64,000 bases of DNA from a virus, in IMG/VR virus record IMGVR_UViG_3300034110_001237, positions 32,001-96,000 of that record; one strand, 5' to 3'. The translations under genes were made by a program, and so were the position numbers. Positions 28,592 to 39,045 of this stretch are shown here, piece after piece. Below the pieces are notes generated by a model. That model was not told the DNA's origin and searched no databases. It saw only the letters and a program-made list of their open reading frames with translations. Position 1 is the first letter of the stretch. Each line of letters begins with the position of its first letter.

Positions 28592-29050
28592 ATGATTGAT
28601 ACTATTACTGACAAAGAACGCCTTCATATTGATAAGGTTGTAAACTTTGCCAAACACATTGATGATAACGGCTTTCAGCATAAAGTCGCTGCAGCTATTG
28701 TGTACAAAAATAAAATCATCAGTCTTGAACACAATCTCGATAAAAGCCATACCTTTCAAAAACGTTTTGCGAAAAACGAACATGCCATTTTTTTTCATGC
28801 TGAAACCAGTGCTATTCATACCGCTCTCAAAATCTTGGGTGAAGACAAGCTTAGTAAAGCCACTCTGGTGGTTGTTCGCCTTTCTGCTGTTAAGAGTAAG
28901 TATCGTCAACGCTTGTTGCACCACACACTAGCCACCAGTAAGCCTTGTGAGGGGTGTGCATCGTGCATTAACTACTATGGCATCAAGAAAGTTATTCACA
29001 GTGTGATTGATGGATTTGAAGTGTATGACACCTTGAAGATGATCAATTAA
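28592..29050 (+). CDS. zinc-dependent deaminase (cytidine/dCMP deaminase superfamily)
   Basis: HAE and SKPCEGC motifs. Confidence 0.85.
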   Translation: MIDTITDKERLHIDKVVNFAKHIDDNGFQHKVAAAIVYKNKIISLEHNLDKSHTFQKRFAKNEHAIFFHAETSAIHTALKILGEDKLSKATLVVVRLSAVKSKYRQRLLHHTLATSKPCEGCASCINYYGIKKVIHSVIDGFEVYDTLKMIN

Positions 29051-29114
29051 GTAGCTTGATGATTTTTCATTTTCATGTTATAATTGCCTTCAATTTACAA
29101 TTATGGTGATTACA

Positions 29115-29309
29115 ATGTCATACAACTTTGATGAAGCCTCCGGCACTTATGTGATTGCAGACAATCTGACTGAAAATGAACTTTATGACGCTCTGTTGGC
29201 CGTAGCAAAAGATAACGACCTTATTGAAGCCAATCATGCTTCGGATAGTTCTCATATCATGGCTATCTTGCGAAATAATTCAGTTGAAGTTGAGTTTGAT
29301 ACGGTATAA
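29115..29309 (+). CDS. hypothetical acidic protein
   Basis: ATG after GGTG; TGTTATAAT upstream. Confidence 0.7.
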   Translation: MSYNFDEASGTYVIADNLTENELYDALLAVAKDNDLIEANHASDSSHIMAILRNNSVEVEFDTV

Positions 29310-29336
29310 GCAATCCATTTAACAAAGGTATACACA

Positions 29337-29654
29337 ATGACTTTCACGCCTAGAATTCCTACTGATACTGTTGCGATTGTTGGAGCATTTAACAAGAAAT
29401 GGCTTATTCAGTTTCAGAATCGTCGTAAACATCATCGAGAGTTCTTGTGTGACGTATTCAACATGTTTACGCCTGTTTCGTTTGAAACCTTGGATGAAGC
29501 TTTCGAGATTGCTGACTATTATCAGTTAAAGGTGGTCGATGTTCGTATTCATCATGCATATCAGCAACATGACCAAGTGGATGCCAACATGCAAGAAAAA
29601 ATTAAAAAAATGAGAGCCGAATTTGATGGCACTTATGTTAAAAAAATAGCTTGA
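29337..29654 (+). CDS. hypothetical protein
   Basis: AAGG RBS. Confidence 0.8.
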   Translation: MTFTPRIPTDTVAIVGAFNKKWLIQFQNRRKHHREFLCDVFNMFTPVSFETLDEAFEIADYYQLKVVDVRIHHAYQQHDQVDANMQEKIKKMRAEFDGTYVKKIA

Positions 29655-29688
29655 TTATTACCTTTAACTATTATATAAGGATTGGTTT

Positions 29689-30267
29689 ATGAAGAAGATT
29701 GCATTAATTATATTCTCTTGGTTAATTGCCTTTTCGACCGCATTTGGTGATGAATTCAAAAGTATCAGAGACTTTTCCTATAAGGGGATTAGCTTTTCAT
29801 CCACTGTGGATGATTTGAAGGCTCATGGCTTTAACTGTCAAGATAATACTTGCATTGTTGGTGATGATTTTTTCAAATATAAATCACCGGGATTATTTTC
29901 TGTTCAGCAATTGGCTCGTAATGGTAAAACAGTGACTTTTCATGAAAACCATGTCATTAAAATTACGATTGATCAACTATATCCTTATATGGGTGAAGGG
30001 TGTCAGAATATTATGACTGATCTTCAAACTAGATTTAATGCTAAGTACAAGGCAGACATTAAATTTCATACTTATGCCAGTCGGGCTGGGCCAGTCACTG
30101 ATTATGATAACCTTATTGGATCGGTAAAGTTAGGTGAAGATCTTTTAAGAGTTCATTTTTCTTGTGATGAAGTCAAAAAACCAGACACAACAGAAAATTT
30201 AACCTTTATTCATGCTTTATTTCATTATGAAAACTTAGCATCAAGATTGCTTATTGATGATATTTAA
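29689..30267 (+). CDS. putative secreted protein
   Basis: Signal peptide ending TAFG, four Cys. Confidence 0.8.
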   Translation: MKKIALIIFSWLIAFSTAFGDEFKSIRDFSYKGISFSSTVDDLKAHGFNCQDNTCIVGDDFFKYKSPGLFSVQQLARNGKTVTFHENHVIKITIDQLYPYMGEGCQNIMTDLQTRFNAKYKADIKFHTYASRAGPVTDYDNLIGSVKLGEDLLRVHFSCDEVKKPDTTENLTFIHALFHYENLASRLLIDDI

Positions 30268-30311
30268 AAAGCCTTTAGAACGATTTCAACCATTTAGTAA
30301 GGAGAAAGATC

Positions 30312-30887
30312 TTGAATACATTTGAAAGATTTAAACAGGATTGTAAGAAATTACTTACCGATGAGAAGTTTTATACAGAACCAAAAGATGATGGTAAACG
30401 CATTATCGTCAAAGCACATCTAAAACGAGCACGTAATGGATTGGCAGTCGGAACTATCATCTATATTGATCGAAATGACTGGCTTAATCCTAATGATGAC
30501 CGAGTTTGGGGCTATACGAAGCTTGAACACTTTGGACAAGGAAATCATGCGTATAGTGGAATGGAAAAAGCTGATCTTGAATATTCACCCACCAATGAGC
30601 CGTCTTATTCTGTTGTTATTGAACATGTTAAGAAAAGCATGGCTGGATTTACTCCAGATCCCGATTATCCTGAAGATAATATTGCCAATGTTAAGGAATC
30701 AGTCGTTTCTTCTATTGTCATTGAAAGCTGTCTATCGGAGAATGAAGCCGTTTCAAGAGCATCAGTGGTTGCAACAGCCTTTAAAATTCCAAGAATTGAG
30801 TCTCCTAAGCATGTAGGTAATCTATATATTTGGAATACTCTTGATGATATTGGAACAGGTATTAAAATCTATGTTAGGCCGGATTAA
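30312..30887 (+). CDS. hypothetical protein
   Basis: TTG start after AAGGAG. Confidence 0.8.
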   Translation: MNTFERFKQDCKKLLTDEKFYTEPKDDGKRIIVKAHLKRARNGLAVGTIIYIDRNDWLNPNDDRVWGYTKLEHFGQGNHAYSGMEKADLEYSPTNEPSYSVVIEHVKKSMAGFTPDPDYPEDNIANVKESVVSSIVIESCLSENEAVSRASVVATAFKIPRIESPKHVGNLYIWNTLDDIGTGIKIYVRPD

Positions 30888-30959
30888 AGTTTAAATTAAT
30901 AGTATCATTGACTTTTTTTATAAAATTGAGTAACCTACCTTATTTTAAGGAGTGTAGCT

Positions 30960-31259
30960 ATGACTGGTGATGAATTACGGACCCTTTTTCAAGAATATGG
31001 TGAAACAGATGAGTCTCACAAATTTGATAGAGTTGCGGTAAAATTTAGTAAACGTGATGATTTACATGCTTTTATTTTACTTGATAAAATAATGCCTGAT
31101 GGTCATACAATGGTTTCTGCTGCTGCACATGATGAAATCTTTTTGGGCTTTGATATGGAAGAGCTGGCCGCTGTCATTACGCAAGAACAGGTCTTGGAGC
31201 TTGTACGCTGTGGTGTTTCTTATGACAGTCATCATGACTGTTTGTATATGTTCGTTTAA
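30960..31259 (+). CDS. hypothetical protein
   Basis: AAGGAG RBS; DLHAFILLD, AAHDEI, LVRCGV. Confidence 0.85.
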   Translation: MTGDELRTLFQEYGETDESHKFDRVAVKFSKRDDLHAFILLDKIMPDGHTMVSAAAHDEIFLGFDMEELAAVITQEQVLELVRCGVSYDSHHDCLYMFV

Positions 31260-31327
31260 CGATGATTTGCTTTTTGACGGCTCATTTGATATAATGGGCC
31301 TTCTTAATTCAACAAGGTAAATTTATC

Positions 31328-31753
31328 ATGACGTTTAAATTGATCACTTCTAATGAGACTTCGCACCTTCATGGTCATTCTTATGAGACAACTGTTATGG
31401 TTGAGTGCTTGGATAAACTCTTTCCAGAGGAAAAAGGTAACTACCAATATCTGTCAAAAGCAAAAGTAGACAAGCTTAAAGAGCTTGTGGCTGCACAGTA
31501 TATTGTGCTTTATTTTGTTGACTCTTACACTTATCCAGTTGAAAATTACCATGACAAAGATGGTGATTACATTAATTCAGATTCGGAAACTAACTCATAC
31601 AAGTCTCCAACCGAAGAAATGATTGTAGCTTTGAATGAAATGGGGTATAATGACACCACTGAAATGATGAAGAATGCTGTTCGTGTTAATCACGACATTA
31701 ACCTTTATTATGGTGAGCGTATCTCGCTTGAATCCTACTGCATTAAAATTTAA
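31328..31753 (+). CDS. hypothetical protein (probable paralog of the next gene)
   Basis: Shares lFPE, D.dG and YYG motifs with 31764-32276. Confidence 0.8.
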   Translation: MTFKLITSNETSHLHGHSYETTVMVECLDKLFPEEKGNYQYLSKAKVDKLKELVAAQYIVLYFVDSYTYPVENYHDKDGDYINSDSETNSYKSPTEEMIVALNEMGYNDTTEMMKNAVRVNHDINLYYGERISLESYCIKI

Positions 31754-31763
31754 GGATATTATC

Positions 31764-32276
31764 ATGGCTATTCATTTCGCAGCAGACATCAATGCAGAAC
31801 AAGGCACTGACCTTGGGTGGAAATTTGAAAATGGTGTTTTGTATGAGTCCGTCAGCTACATGCTAAAAGAGATCTTTCCTGAATTTCTTTCCATGCTTAA
31901 AGTGGACGATGAACATCGTTATATTCCAGAAGTTCATATTCAAAAGAAAATCGAATTCCATGACAAGATTGATGCCGAATTCTTCTTGTTCTACTATCCT
32001 GAAAAAGAAACATCTGGTCAAGATCCTTATGTGGACGAAAATGGTGCCCAATGCCATGCTTCCAGTAAAGATGTTGATCTTGAAGTTCCAATGTATGAAC
32101 TTCGTGAAGCGGTTCGAGCAGAATTTCCACAAGTCGTAGATGTAGAAAAGTTTGTCGATAATGTTTTGAAACTGCACAGTGATGATACTTACTATATGAA
32201 CCATTATTATGGCGATAGTGTCACTTATGCTTACATTAAAATCAAAAAAGATGCTGACCTTAGTCGCTATCTCTAA
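31764..32276 (+). CDS. hypothetical acidic protein
   Basis: ATG after AAGGA. Confidence 0.8.
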   Translation: MAIHFAADINAEQGTDLGWKFENGVLYESVSYMLKEIFPEFLSMLKVDDEHRYIPEVHIQKKIEFHDKIDAEFFLFYYPEKETSGQDPYVDENGAQCHASSKDVDLEVPMYELREAVRAEFPQVVDVEKFVDNVLKLHSDDTYYMNHYYGDSVTYAYIKIKKDADLSRYL

Positions 32277-32291
32277 TTAAAAGGAAACTTT

Positions 32292-32597
32292 ATGAGCCGC
32301 ATGAATGTTCGATTTGACCGCGTATTTAACAAGAAAGGTAACTTTGATCTTAAAGAGTTTGATCTTCGTTATTTTGACCCTTATCGTCGTGACGATGATA
32401 ATAAAAACCATGTTGAGTTATATGAACTCTTGTTTGATAGCAATGGTAATGTGCTAGATGAAGTTCGTCATGAACTTGAAGCTTATATCAAGCTGAAGGA
32501 ATTTCCTGCCTTGTCAGATGCTGTAAAACTGTTTTATGCTGGTATCCACGGTAGTCGTACTGATGGTTCTTATCCCGCAGTTTACATGTTCAAATAA
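32292..32597 (+). CDS. hypothetical protein
   Basis: AAGGA RBS. Confidence 0.8.
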   Translation: MSRMNVRFDRVFNKKGNFDLKEFDLRYFDPYRRDDDNKNHVELYELLFDSNGNVLDEVRHELEAYIKLKEFPALSDAVKLFYAGIHGSRTDGSYPAVYMFK

Positions 32598-32693
32598 TTC
32601 AAAAATAAATTTGAAATTGTTTAAATAATAGTTGTTTTAAGTTAAAAACGTTGATATAATAACCCCACACTAACTAAAAAAGGAAATACAATC

Positions 32694-32819
32694 ATGGCAA
32701 CAGTAAATTCAGCAAAAAAAGCACAAGAAATCGAACAAGCCTACGCACAGGTTGCTGAAACCAAGCGTCGTCAGGAAGAAAAAATGTGGTCGCAACACGA
32801 AAAAGCAAACAAGCGTTAA
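32694..32819 (+). CDS. 41-aa charged helical peptide (paralog of 2935-3054), not in ORF track
   Basis: MATVNSAKKAQEIEQAYAQVAETKRRQEEKMWSQHEKANKR; AAGGA RBS; TTGTTT-17-TATAAT promoter. Confidence 0.85.
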   Translation: MATVNSAKKAQEIEQAYAQVAETKRRQEEKMWSQHEKANKR

Positions 32820-32846
32820 TACCCCTCATTCAAAAAAGGATTTACA

Positions 32847-33182
32847 ATGTCACAAGCAACTGCAGTCATTGAGTTTGACAACTTGAATAACCCACCAGAA
32901 GGGTTTCATGCTTCGGCAATGGGATGGTATTTTCATGGTGAACTTGAAGACATGGTAGGATTTGATATTCCATCCGCTTCCGTTGACCTACGTGAAGTTC
33001 CAGATGGTATCTATGCCGGTTCTTACAAAGGGCTGGACTGCACCTTTTTTAACTGGTCTGTTATTGAAGAGTATGGTTCTATCAAAAAACGTCGTCATCG
33101 TGGATTCATTGTCCTTAATACGGATAAGGAAGCTTACGAATTTGCCGAGTTGGCTTACCGAACTAAACGTCAAAATCTTTAA
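32847..33182 (+). CDS. hypothetical protein
   Basis: AAGGA RBS, terminator after. Confidence 0.8.
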   Translation: MSQATAVIEFDNLNNPPEGFHASAMGWYFHGELEDMVGFDIPSASVDLREVPDGIYAGSYKGLDCTFFNWSVIEEYGSIKKRRHRGFIVLNTDKEAYEFAELAYRTKRQNL

Positions 33183-33282
33183 AAATGTAATCTGTAAAAA
33201 AGATCAAGTTTTCTTGATCTTTTTTTTTGCCTTTATTTTCTGTTCATGGTATACTTAATCATTACTTAATTTGGAGTCTTCT

Positions 33283-33714
33283 ATGTATGATATCGTTGCG
33301 TCAAGCATCATTAATGACCTAATTCTTAATCGTGATCCTACCAGTCATCTTATTTTGGATGAACTTAAAAAGGCTCAAAGTCTTGTTGGTCAAACTGAAC
33401 TGCTGATTCAAATTGATTCAGATGACGATTTTGCGGTTGATGGGAAATCAGTTTTTTCCAAATCTTTTGTAATTGGCAATCGTGATTTGGTAGAAGTCTA
33501 TAAAGACGCTATTAAAAGTATCACTTTCGGTCATCACAATCAAAAAAACTACAAGCTTGAACGTTTCTTGGAAGATATTATGACAGAAGATTTTTTAGAG
33601 GAAGTTGCTAGCGGCCATGCATCCACAGGTGGTAATCAAACCATTGATGTATACGTTATTCCATCCCCTACTGTGTTGACTATCGGGTCAATTAAGATTG
33701 ATTTGACAAAATAA
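33283..33714 (+). CDS. hypothetical acidic protein
   Basis: ATG after GGAG. Confidence 0.8.
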   Translation: MYDIVASSIINDLILNRDPTSHLILDELKKAQSLVGQTELLIQIDSDDDFAVDGKSVFSKSFVIGNRDLVEVYKDAIKSITFGHHNQKNYKLERFLEDIMTEDFLEEVASGHASTGGNQTIDVYVIPSPTVLTIGSIKIDLTK

Positions 33715-33771
33715 TACTTTCAATTATTGCTCAATTATGTTAAAATAGGCCCACTTGAGGGCTTATTTTTT

Positions 33772-34419
33772 ATGAGAAAACCAATTACTGTCAACACCAT
33801 TGCAGAACTGAAATCAGTTGCATTTGATTATAATGCTCCTGTTTTCGTTGGCCCTGACATTCTGATTAGTGATTTTATTTCGACGGATGATGAATGTGAT
33901 AAACTCATTGAAAAATTAAAACCTTATCACAAAAGTGTGATTGCTTTCTGTTTTTCTCATGATGGTTTTCGTGTTCATTTTTTGATGATTGATAATTTCG
34001 TCGTCTTAAAAAAATATGCCATTGAAAATGTGACGATTATGAATTTGAAAAAATTTGTTGTCCACTCTATTCGTTTTGACACTGGCACTCATGATTGGAG
34101 CGAAAAGGAATTCTATTCCTATAAGCGTGGTAATAAACCTGTCAGTGTTAGTCGTAACTATGCTTCGTTTATTGCAAAATATGCTCATGTTTATGATAAA
34201 ACCTACGTCAGTGAAATTAGAGTAACTGATAACTCTCAATACTTGATTGATATGACATTTAATCGTAACGGTCGTAAGATTACATTAATGGAGTTGGGAG
34301 CGGAGTATCCAGAGATTGTGTCTGCATTGCGTGGAAAGGTTCGCTCAGTTGAAAACTTGACCAATAAAAGTAAGCTGATTAAATCGTTTTTACCTATTAT
34401 TGATATGATACTTATTTAA
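33772..34419 (+). CDS. C-terminal DMxxI-tag family protein
   Basis: ATG after GAGG; ends IIDMILI. Confidence 0.8.
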   Translation: MRKPITVNTIAELKSVAFDYNAPVFVGPDILISDFISTDDECDKLIEKLKPYHKSVIAFCFSHDGFRVHFLMIDNFVVLKKYAIENVTIMNLKKFVVHSIRFDTGTHDWSEKEFYSYKRGNKPVSVSRNYASFIAKYAHVYDKTYVSEIRVTDNSQYLIDMTFNRNGRKITLMELGAEYPEIVSALRGKVRSVENLTNKSKLIKSFLPIIDMILI

Positions 34420-34428
34420 GGATTGATT

Positions 34429-35058
34429 ATGCTCCATATAGAAACTATTGACCAGTTAAAAGCATGCTTGCTCTCGGATACATCTACTGGGTTATTTATT
34501 ACTCCAGTCCAAACATTTGTAAAATCAGGTGAGCTTATTAAATATGAAAATCGAGCTGAATATTTATATCCGCTTGATGAAGTGACTTTCATTAAATTCC
34601 AAATTAGTCAAAATGTTATTGTTTTCAAAGGCTATTGCATTAAATTTGAAAAACATTACATTTATCATCGCTTAAATAACCTGCCAGCCACTTTGTTTTA
34701 TTTAAGAAATGGAGAACTCAATACAACAAGTTGGTTTGTGGATGGAGCATTGGTTCGAGATCACCCAATGCAACCTGTCATGGTTGAGCATTGTGATGGT
34801 GATTATTGGAAGTTTCAGTATGCAAAAACAGATGACAGTTTCTTTGAGATATCTTATATCCTTTTTGACAAGAAAAAGACCGGGACATTACAAATAGTGG
34901 ACATGTTAGTTCGATATCGTGGAGAAAACCTTAATCTCAAAAGTATCAAAAAACGTTATCCATTTATTGAAGATCTCACGTTTGAAGACTGTTATGACCT
35001 AAGTGTCAACATTTTTACAGATGATCAAATCACTTTAATGAGAATGATTGATATTTGA
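34429..35058 (+). CDS. C-terminal DMxxI-tag family protein
   Basis: ATG after AAGGA; ends LMRMIDI. Confidence 0.8.
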   Translation: MLHIETIDQLKACLLSDTSTGLFITPVQTFVKSGELIKYENRAEYLYPLDEVTFIKFQISQNVIVFKGYCIKFEKHYIYHRLNNLPATLFYLRNGELNTTSWFVDGALVRDHPMQPVMVEHCDGDYWKFQYAKTDDSFFEISYILFDKKKTGTLQIVDMLVRYRGENLNLKSIKKRYPFIEDLTFEDCYDLSVNIFTDDQITLMRMIDI

Positions 35059-35162
35059 AATCGGCAATATAATGCGGATTATTTATTAATTTTGGCACCT
35101 AATCGGCAATGTAATGCAGATTAAGGTGCTTTTTAGTATCGAAAACTGCATTATATTGCAGT
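35059..35162. repeat. three copies of GCAATRTAATGC between convergent genes
   Basis: AATCGGCAATATAATGCGGATT (35059), AATCGGCAATGTAATGCAGATT (35101), inverted ACTGCATTATATTGCAGT (35145). Confidence 0.7.
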
Positions 35163-35163
35163 C

Positions 35164-35997
35164 TTAACACTCAATCATCTCAATCAACTTTAAATAATCC
35201 ATAAAGGCTACTTTGTTTGGCCCAGTTAAATTGTCATAGAAAATTTTGTTTACAATTTTAAACCAATTTGTATTTTCAAAATCAATACTGGCATAATCCA
35301 AGAAACTTGTGTCCACATCTTCTTTGATCGAGTTCACATGATTAACAAAGCTTACCAGCAATAGTTCGCTTTGCGGTGTTCCAAAATCGTCAACATAATA
35401 ATTACTACTACGACCTTCTAAAACTTTTTTTGTCTCAAAACTCTTTTTACATAGTTTATGTTCTTTATCAAAAAAGTAACACATAGAGTTTGAATAATAG
35501 GTTTTAGCTTTAATTTTATCAATCAGGTCTGGTGTTTTAAAACAGTTCTTTTTGACTAATACATAAATCGAACCACCAAATTCCATGTCTAGATAGAAGT
35601 TTAATGTCATAGATGGGTCATTAAAATGATCGATGTTTAAATGTTTGATAAGTCCTGTTTCAGAAGTTCCACCTTCATAATTAGAACTGTAATGTGTTTG
35701 TCTGCCATTTTCGTCATAATGAACATAAATTGGCATCTCAAATCGACAATCAAATAGTTCATACAAGTTGAAGGTAAATGTGATGGTAATACAATCTTTT
35801 GTTTTTTCATTAGCGTAAAATGAGGTTTCATTTTCTTCCAAGTGAAGATGCTCTTGAATCAATTCCATTGTTATATCTGGATTATTATTGATTGCATTTA
35901 ATTTCTCACACATTAACGCATGCATAATTTGGAAGTGCCTAGGTTTCAGCATTTCCTTCGTAGATAATTCTTTATAATGTGGAAAAAATAACTTCAT
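35164..35997 (-). CDS. C-terminal DMxxI-tag family protein (triplet paralog)
   Basis: Ends LIEMIEC; FPxYxEL, CEKLN, HFND shared with the next two genes. Confidence 0.88.
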   Translation of the reverse strand: MKLFFPHYKELSTKEMLKPRHFQIMHALMCEKLNAINNNPDITMELIQEHLHLEENETSFYANEKTKDCITITFTFNLYELFDCRFEMPIYVHYDENGRQTHYSSNYEGGTSETGLIKHLNIDHFNDPSMTLNFYLDMEFGGSIYVLVKKNCFKTPDLIDKIKAKTYYSNSMCYFFDKEHKLCKKSFETKKVLEGRSSNYYVDDFGTPQSELLLVSFVNHVNSIKEDVDTSFLDYASIDFENTNWFKIVNKIFYDNLTGPNKVAFMDYLKLIEMIEC

Positions 35998-36016
35998 TTT
36001 AGTGTCCTTTTATTTC

Positions 36017-36811
36017 TTAAATTGTCATCATATCGATCACTTTCATATAATCTAAGAAAGCATTGCGTTTATCACCTGTTAAGGCATTTAAAAACATGTT
36101 ATGGACTTTTTTAAACCATTCTGGTTTATTGAAGTCTATTCTCGCATAATTAACAAACGTTGTGTCAACAGTTTCTTTTTGATTGATTATATGATTTAAA
36201 AACATTAAAAACAAATGTTCTGTTTCCAATTTTTCAAAACCTTCAAATGAATAGCTTGTTTCAGATTCTGTATCCGCATCAATAGTTTTAAATTTTCTAT
36301 ATTTTATTTTATGATGTTTATCAAAAAAATATCTTAATGTTACTGTTTTTGAATGAGACATCGGTGTTTTTATGTAATCATGTTTTACAATTTCATAACC
36401 TTCTTCTAATTCTCTTTTATTTAAATGAAACTCAAGATAAGAATGTCCATCATTAAAATGATCAAGATTTAACATCTGCATTATTTCTGAACGTTTTATT
36501 GAGCCAACATAACGTGACTCCCATGTTGTATACTTGCCGCTTTCATCGAATGAAATAGTTATTGGTATTCTAAATTTAAAATCAAAAAAAACAACATCGA
36601 AATTAATGATTACAAAATCTTTTATTGGATAAAAATGAATTTTATGGCCTACTATTTCTAAGTTCTCGACAATCAAACTTTCGTTAAATTCTAAGTTATT
36701 ATTAATTTCATTTAATTTTTCACATATTAATGTATGCACAATTTTAGAATACCTAGGGTTCAGCGACTCTTCACTGGTTAATTCTTTGTAGTCTGGAAAA
36801 ATTAAATTCAT
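36017..36811 (-). CDS. C-terminal DMxxI-tag family protein (triplet paralog)
   Basis: Ends AFLDYMKVIDMMTI. Confidence 0.88.
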   Translation of the reverse strand: MNLIFPDYKELTSEESLNPRYSKIVHTLICEKLNEINNNLEFNESLIVENLEIVGHKIHFYPIKDFVIINFDVVFFDFKFRIPITISFDESGKYTTWESRYVGSIKRSEIMQMLNLDHFNDGHSYLEFHLNKRELEEGYEIVKHDYIKTPMSHSKTVTLRYFFDKHHKIKYRKFKTIDADTESETSYSFEGFEKLETEHLFLMFLNHIINQKETVDTTFVNYARIDFNKPEWFKKVHNMFLNALTGDKRNAFLDYMKVIDMMTI

Positions 36812-36827
36812 TTTATTTAGTATCCTT

Positions 36828-37631
36828 TTAAATAGTTAACATATCAATCATTTTCATGTAATCTAAGAAAGCAACACGTTTATCACCTGTTAATAATCTA
36901 AAAAATGTTGAATGTGCTTTTTTTGCCCAATCAGCGTCATCAAAATTGAATGTATTATAATTAATCAAATCAATATCAGTATGTTCTTGTTCATTTGTGA
37001 TATGTCGTAAAAATTTAAGGAATAAAATCTCTGATGCTACTTTCTCGAAGCCATCAATCGAATAACTTGATGTTCCAGCACCGTTAACGCTATAGTTCAC
37101 TGTTTCAAAACTTTTGCAGTGAACAGTGTGATTTCTATTGAAGTAATATTTCAATTTTAATCTTTTCTTCGGATAGTCTGGTAACTTAACATCGTTTAAT
37201 TTGATAATTGTATACACTTCATTGAGGTCATCATCTTTTAATGAAAATTCAAGATGTGAATGGGTATCATTGAAATGATTTATATTCAATATATTCATTA
37301 TCTCTGGATATCTTGAATCCCCTTCATAATAGGAGAGCCATTGAGTATATTGACCTATATTGTTAAAATAGGCATTCACTGCCAAACAAAAGGTAAAATC
37401 GAAAAATTTAACATATAAATTGAAGGTTACATATTCTTTTGATTTATAGAAATTTGTTACTGTGTTAATAATTTTAACATTGTCCTTGATGGTTTCTTTG
37501 TTTAATTCATGATTATTATTCATGATAGTAAACTTATCACATAACATTGATTGTAAAATGTCTTTTTGTATGTCCGTTAAATTAGGAGATTTCTCTAATT
37601 CATAGTAGTTTGGAAATTTTAATGACATCAT
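36828..37631 (-). CDS. C-terminal DMxxI-tag family protein (triplet paralog)
   Basis: Ends AFLDYMKMIDMLTI. Confidence 0.88.
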   Translation of the reverse strand: MMSLKFPNYYELEKSPNLTDIQKDILQSMLCDKFTIMNNNHELNKETIKDNVKIINTVTNFYKSKEYVTFNLYVKFFDFTFCLAVNAYFNNIGQYTQWLSYYEGDSRYPEIMNILNINHFNDTHSHLEFSLKDDDLNEVYTIIKLNDVKLPDYPKKRLKLKYYFNRNHTVHCKSFETVNYSVNGAGTSSYSIDGFEKVASEILFLKFLRHITNEQEHTDIDLINYNTFNFDDADWAKKAHSTFFRLLTGDKRVAFLDYMKMIDMLTI

Positions 37632-37770
37632 CAGTCCTCAGTTTTCGCATCTTTAAATTATACATCATTTTCCTATTATAGTCTAGCTTTTCGTTTGGAA
37701 AAAGCTAAAAAAAACAGTTGCTTTCATCTGTTTATTTATGTTAAAATGATCGTCTCAAAGAGGTAATTTT

Positions 37771-38205
37771 ATGGAACTGGATATAAAAGTTATAAAAGAA
37801 TTAGGATCACATGTTGGGACAAAAGTTTGGATTTGTGATTATCGTCAACCTGATTTGGATAAGAAAGCTATCCGTCATGTCCCTCCAACAGAAGTATTCA
37901 TTGTTTCAAATGAAGAAAATAAAACCAACAAGAAAATTTATTATTCTGACACCCATTTTAGACCAGTTGGTAAAAATGGCGAAGCCAGCAGTAAAATGAT
38001 TGCTATTTTTGACAACACTGGCTACCGTGCTTATCCGGGTGTTCCGCTTCATGTTTTTGATAACAAAGAAGAGTGTGTTGACTTTTACAATGACCAAGCT
38101 GATAAAATTATTTCAGCAATTGATGACAAGATCAGTTGGGTTGTGGTAGGATTGAACAATTACAAAAACGAAATTCTCGACAATAAACTTAAATCAAGGA
38201 AATAA
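37771..38205 (+). CDS. hypothetical protein
   Basis: GAGG RBS; C-terminal part resembles that of 36-794. Confidence 0.85.
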   Translation: MELDIKVIKELGSHVGTKVWICDYRQPDLDKKAIRHVPPTEVFIVSNEENKTNKKIYYSDTHFRPVGKNGEASSKMIAIFDNTGYRAYPGVPLHVFDNKEECVDFYNDQADKIISAIDDKISWVVVGLNNYKNEILDNKLKSRK

Positions 38206-38208
38206 TCA

Positions 38209-38646
38209 ATGACTACTCCAGTAGAAATAGGTGTTAAAGATCGGTATGGTGTTGAAATCGTTCAGGGTGATTATGTAAAGTTTGATTTTTCTGACTTGAT
38301 GGACACTCCATTCAGTAACAGTCACTTTGGACAACTGATTCGCAAGCATAGCCTTGAAAAGTGTGTCATTCACTTTATGGCTGCAAAGACCTTTCAACCT
38401 GACTACGGTTGGCACAATACCTTATGCTATGTCATCTACTTTTTGAAAAATGATGATGTATTTCTTCGTCGTGAAGATCGTGAAGCAGATGAACCCCCTT
38501 ATGTTCGGACGGGTGATGAACCGCCTTACTTTACTTACGATTTTGATGCTCGTTTCTTGGTCTACATTAAACAGAAAGACCGTTTCAGTATTTCTGGTCA
38601 TTCAGATAATACACTTTTGACACTGGATGAGATCAAATCCGCTTAA
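38209..38646 (+). CDS. YopX-like phage protein
   Basis: GVKDRYGVEIVQGDYV matches the YopX G.kD.nG.eIyeGD.v motif. Confidence 0.6.
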   Translation: MTTPVEIGVKDRYGVEIVQGDYVKFDFSDLMDTPFSNSHFGQLIRKHSLEKCVIHFMAAKTFQPDYGWHNTLCYVIYFLKNDDVFLRREDREADEPPYVRTGDEPPYFTYDFDARFLVYIKQKDRFSISGHSDNTLLTLDEIKSA

Positions 38647-38694
38647 CTATTTATAACGATGGCTTAGGTCATCTTTTCATTTGGAGTTTTAACC

Positions 38695-39024
38695 ATGCTT
38701 AATTTTCTTTTTAAAAAAGTGATTGTTGTTGAATATGATGACCGTATTAGTATCTATGATACCTTTAAAAAAGTAAAACGTAATGATGCTCTATTGGAAT
38801 ATGTCAACAGCAATTTGACACTTAAAAGTGGTTCTAAGTCGATGCCAGCAGAATTGCACACAGGTGCTGAATTTTATTATCCAGTGACATTGTACGCCGC
38901 CCACCGTTTTAATTTCTTGCACCTTAGTGATGCAGCTTCGTGTGCTTATCATCAATTTAAATCTGTTTTGATACGTTCTTCATGTGACTGGGATGGATTT
39001 TCAGCATACTCTTTTAAAAAATAA
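38695..39024 (+). CDS. hypothetical protein
   Basis: GGAG RBS. Confidence 0.75.
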   Translation: MLNFLFKKVIVVEYDDRISIYDTFKKVKRNDALLEYVNSNLTLKSGSKSMPAELHTGAEFYYPVTLYAAHRFNFLHLSDAASCAYHQFKSVLIRSSCDWDGFSAYSFKK

Positions 39025-39045
39025 ACATATTTCTTTGGAGATTTT

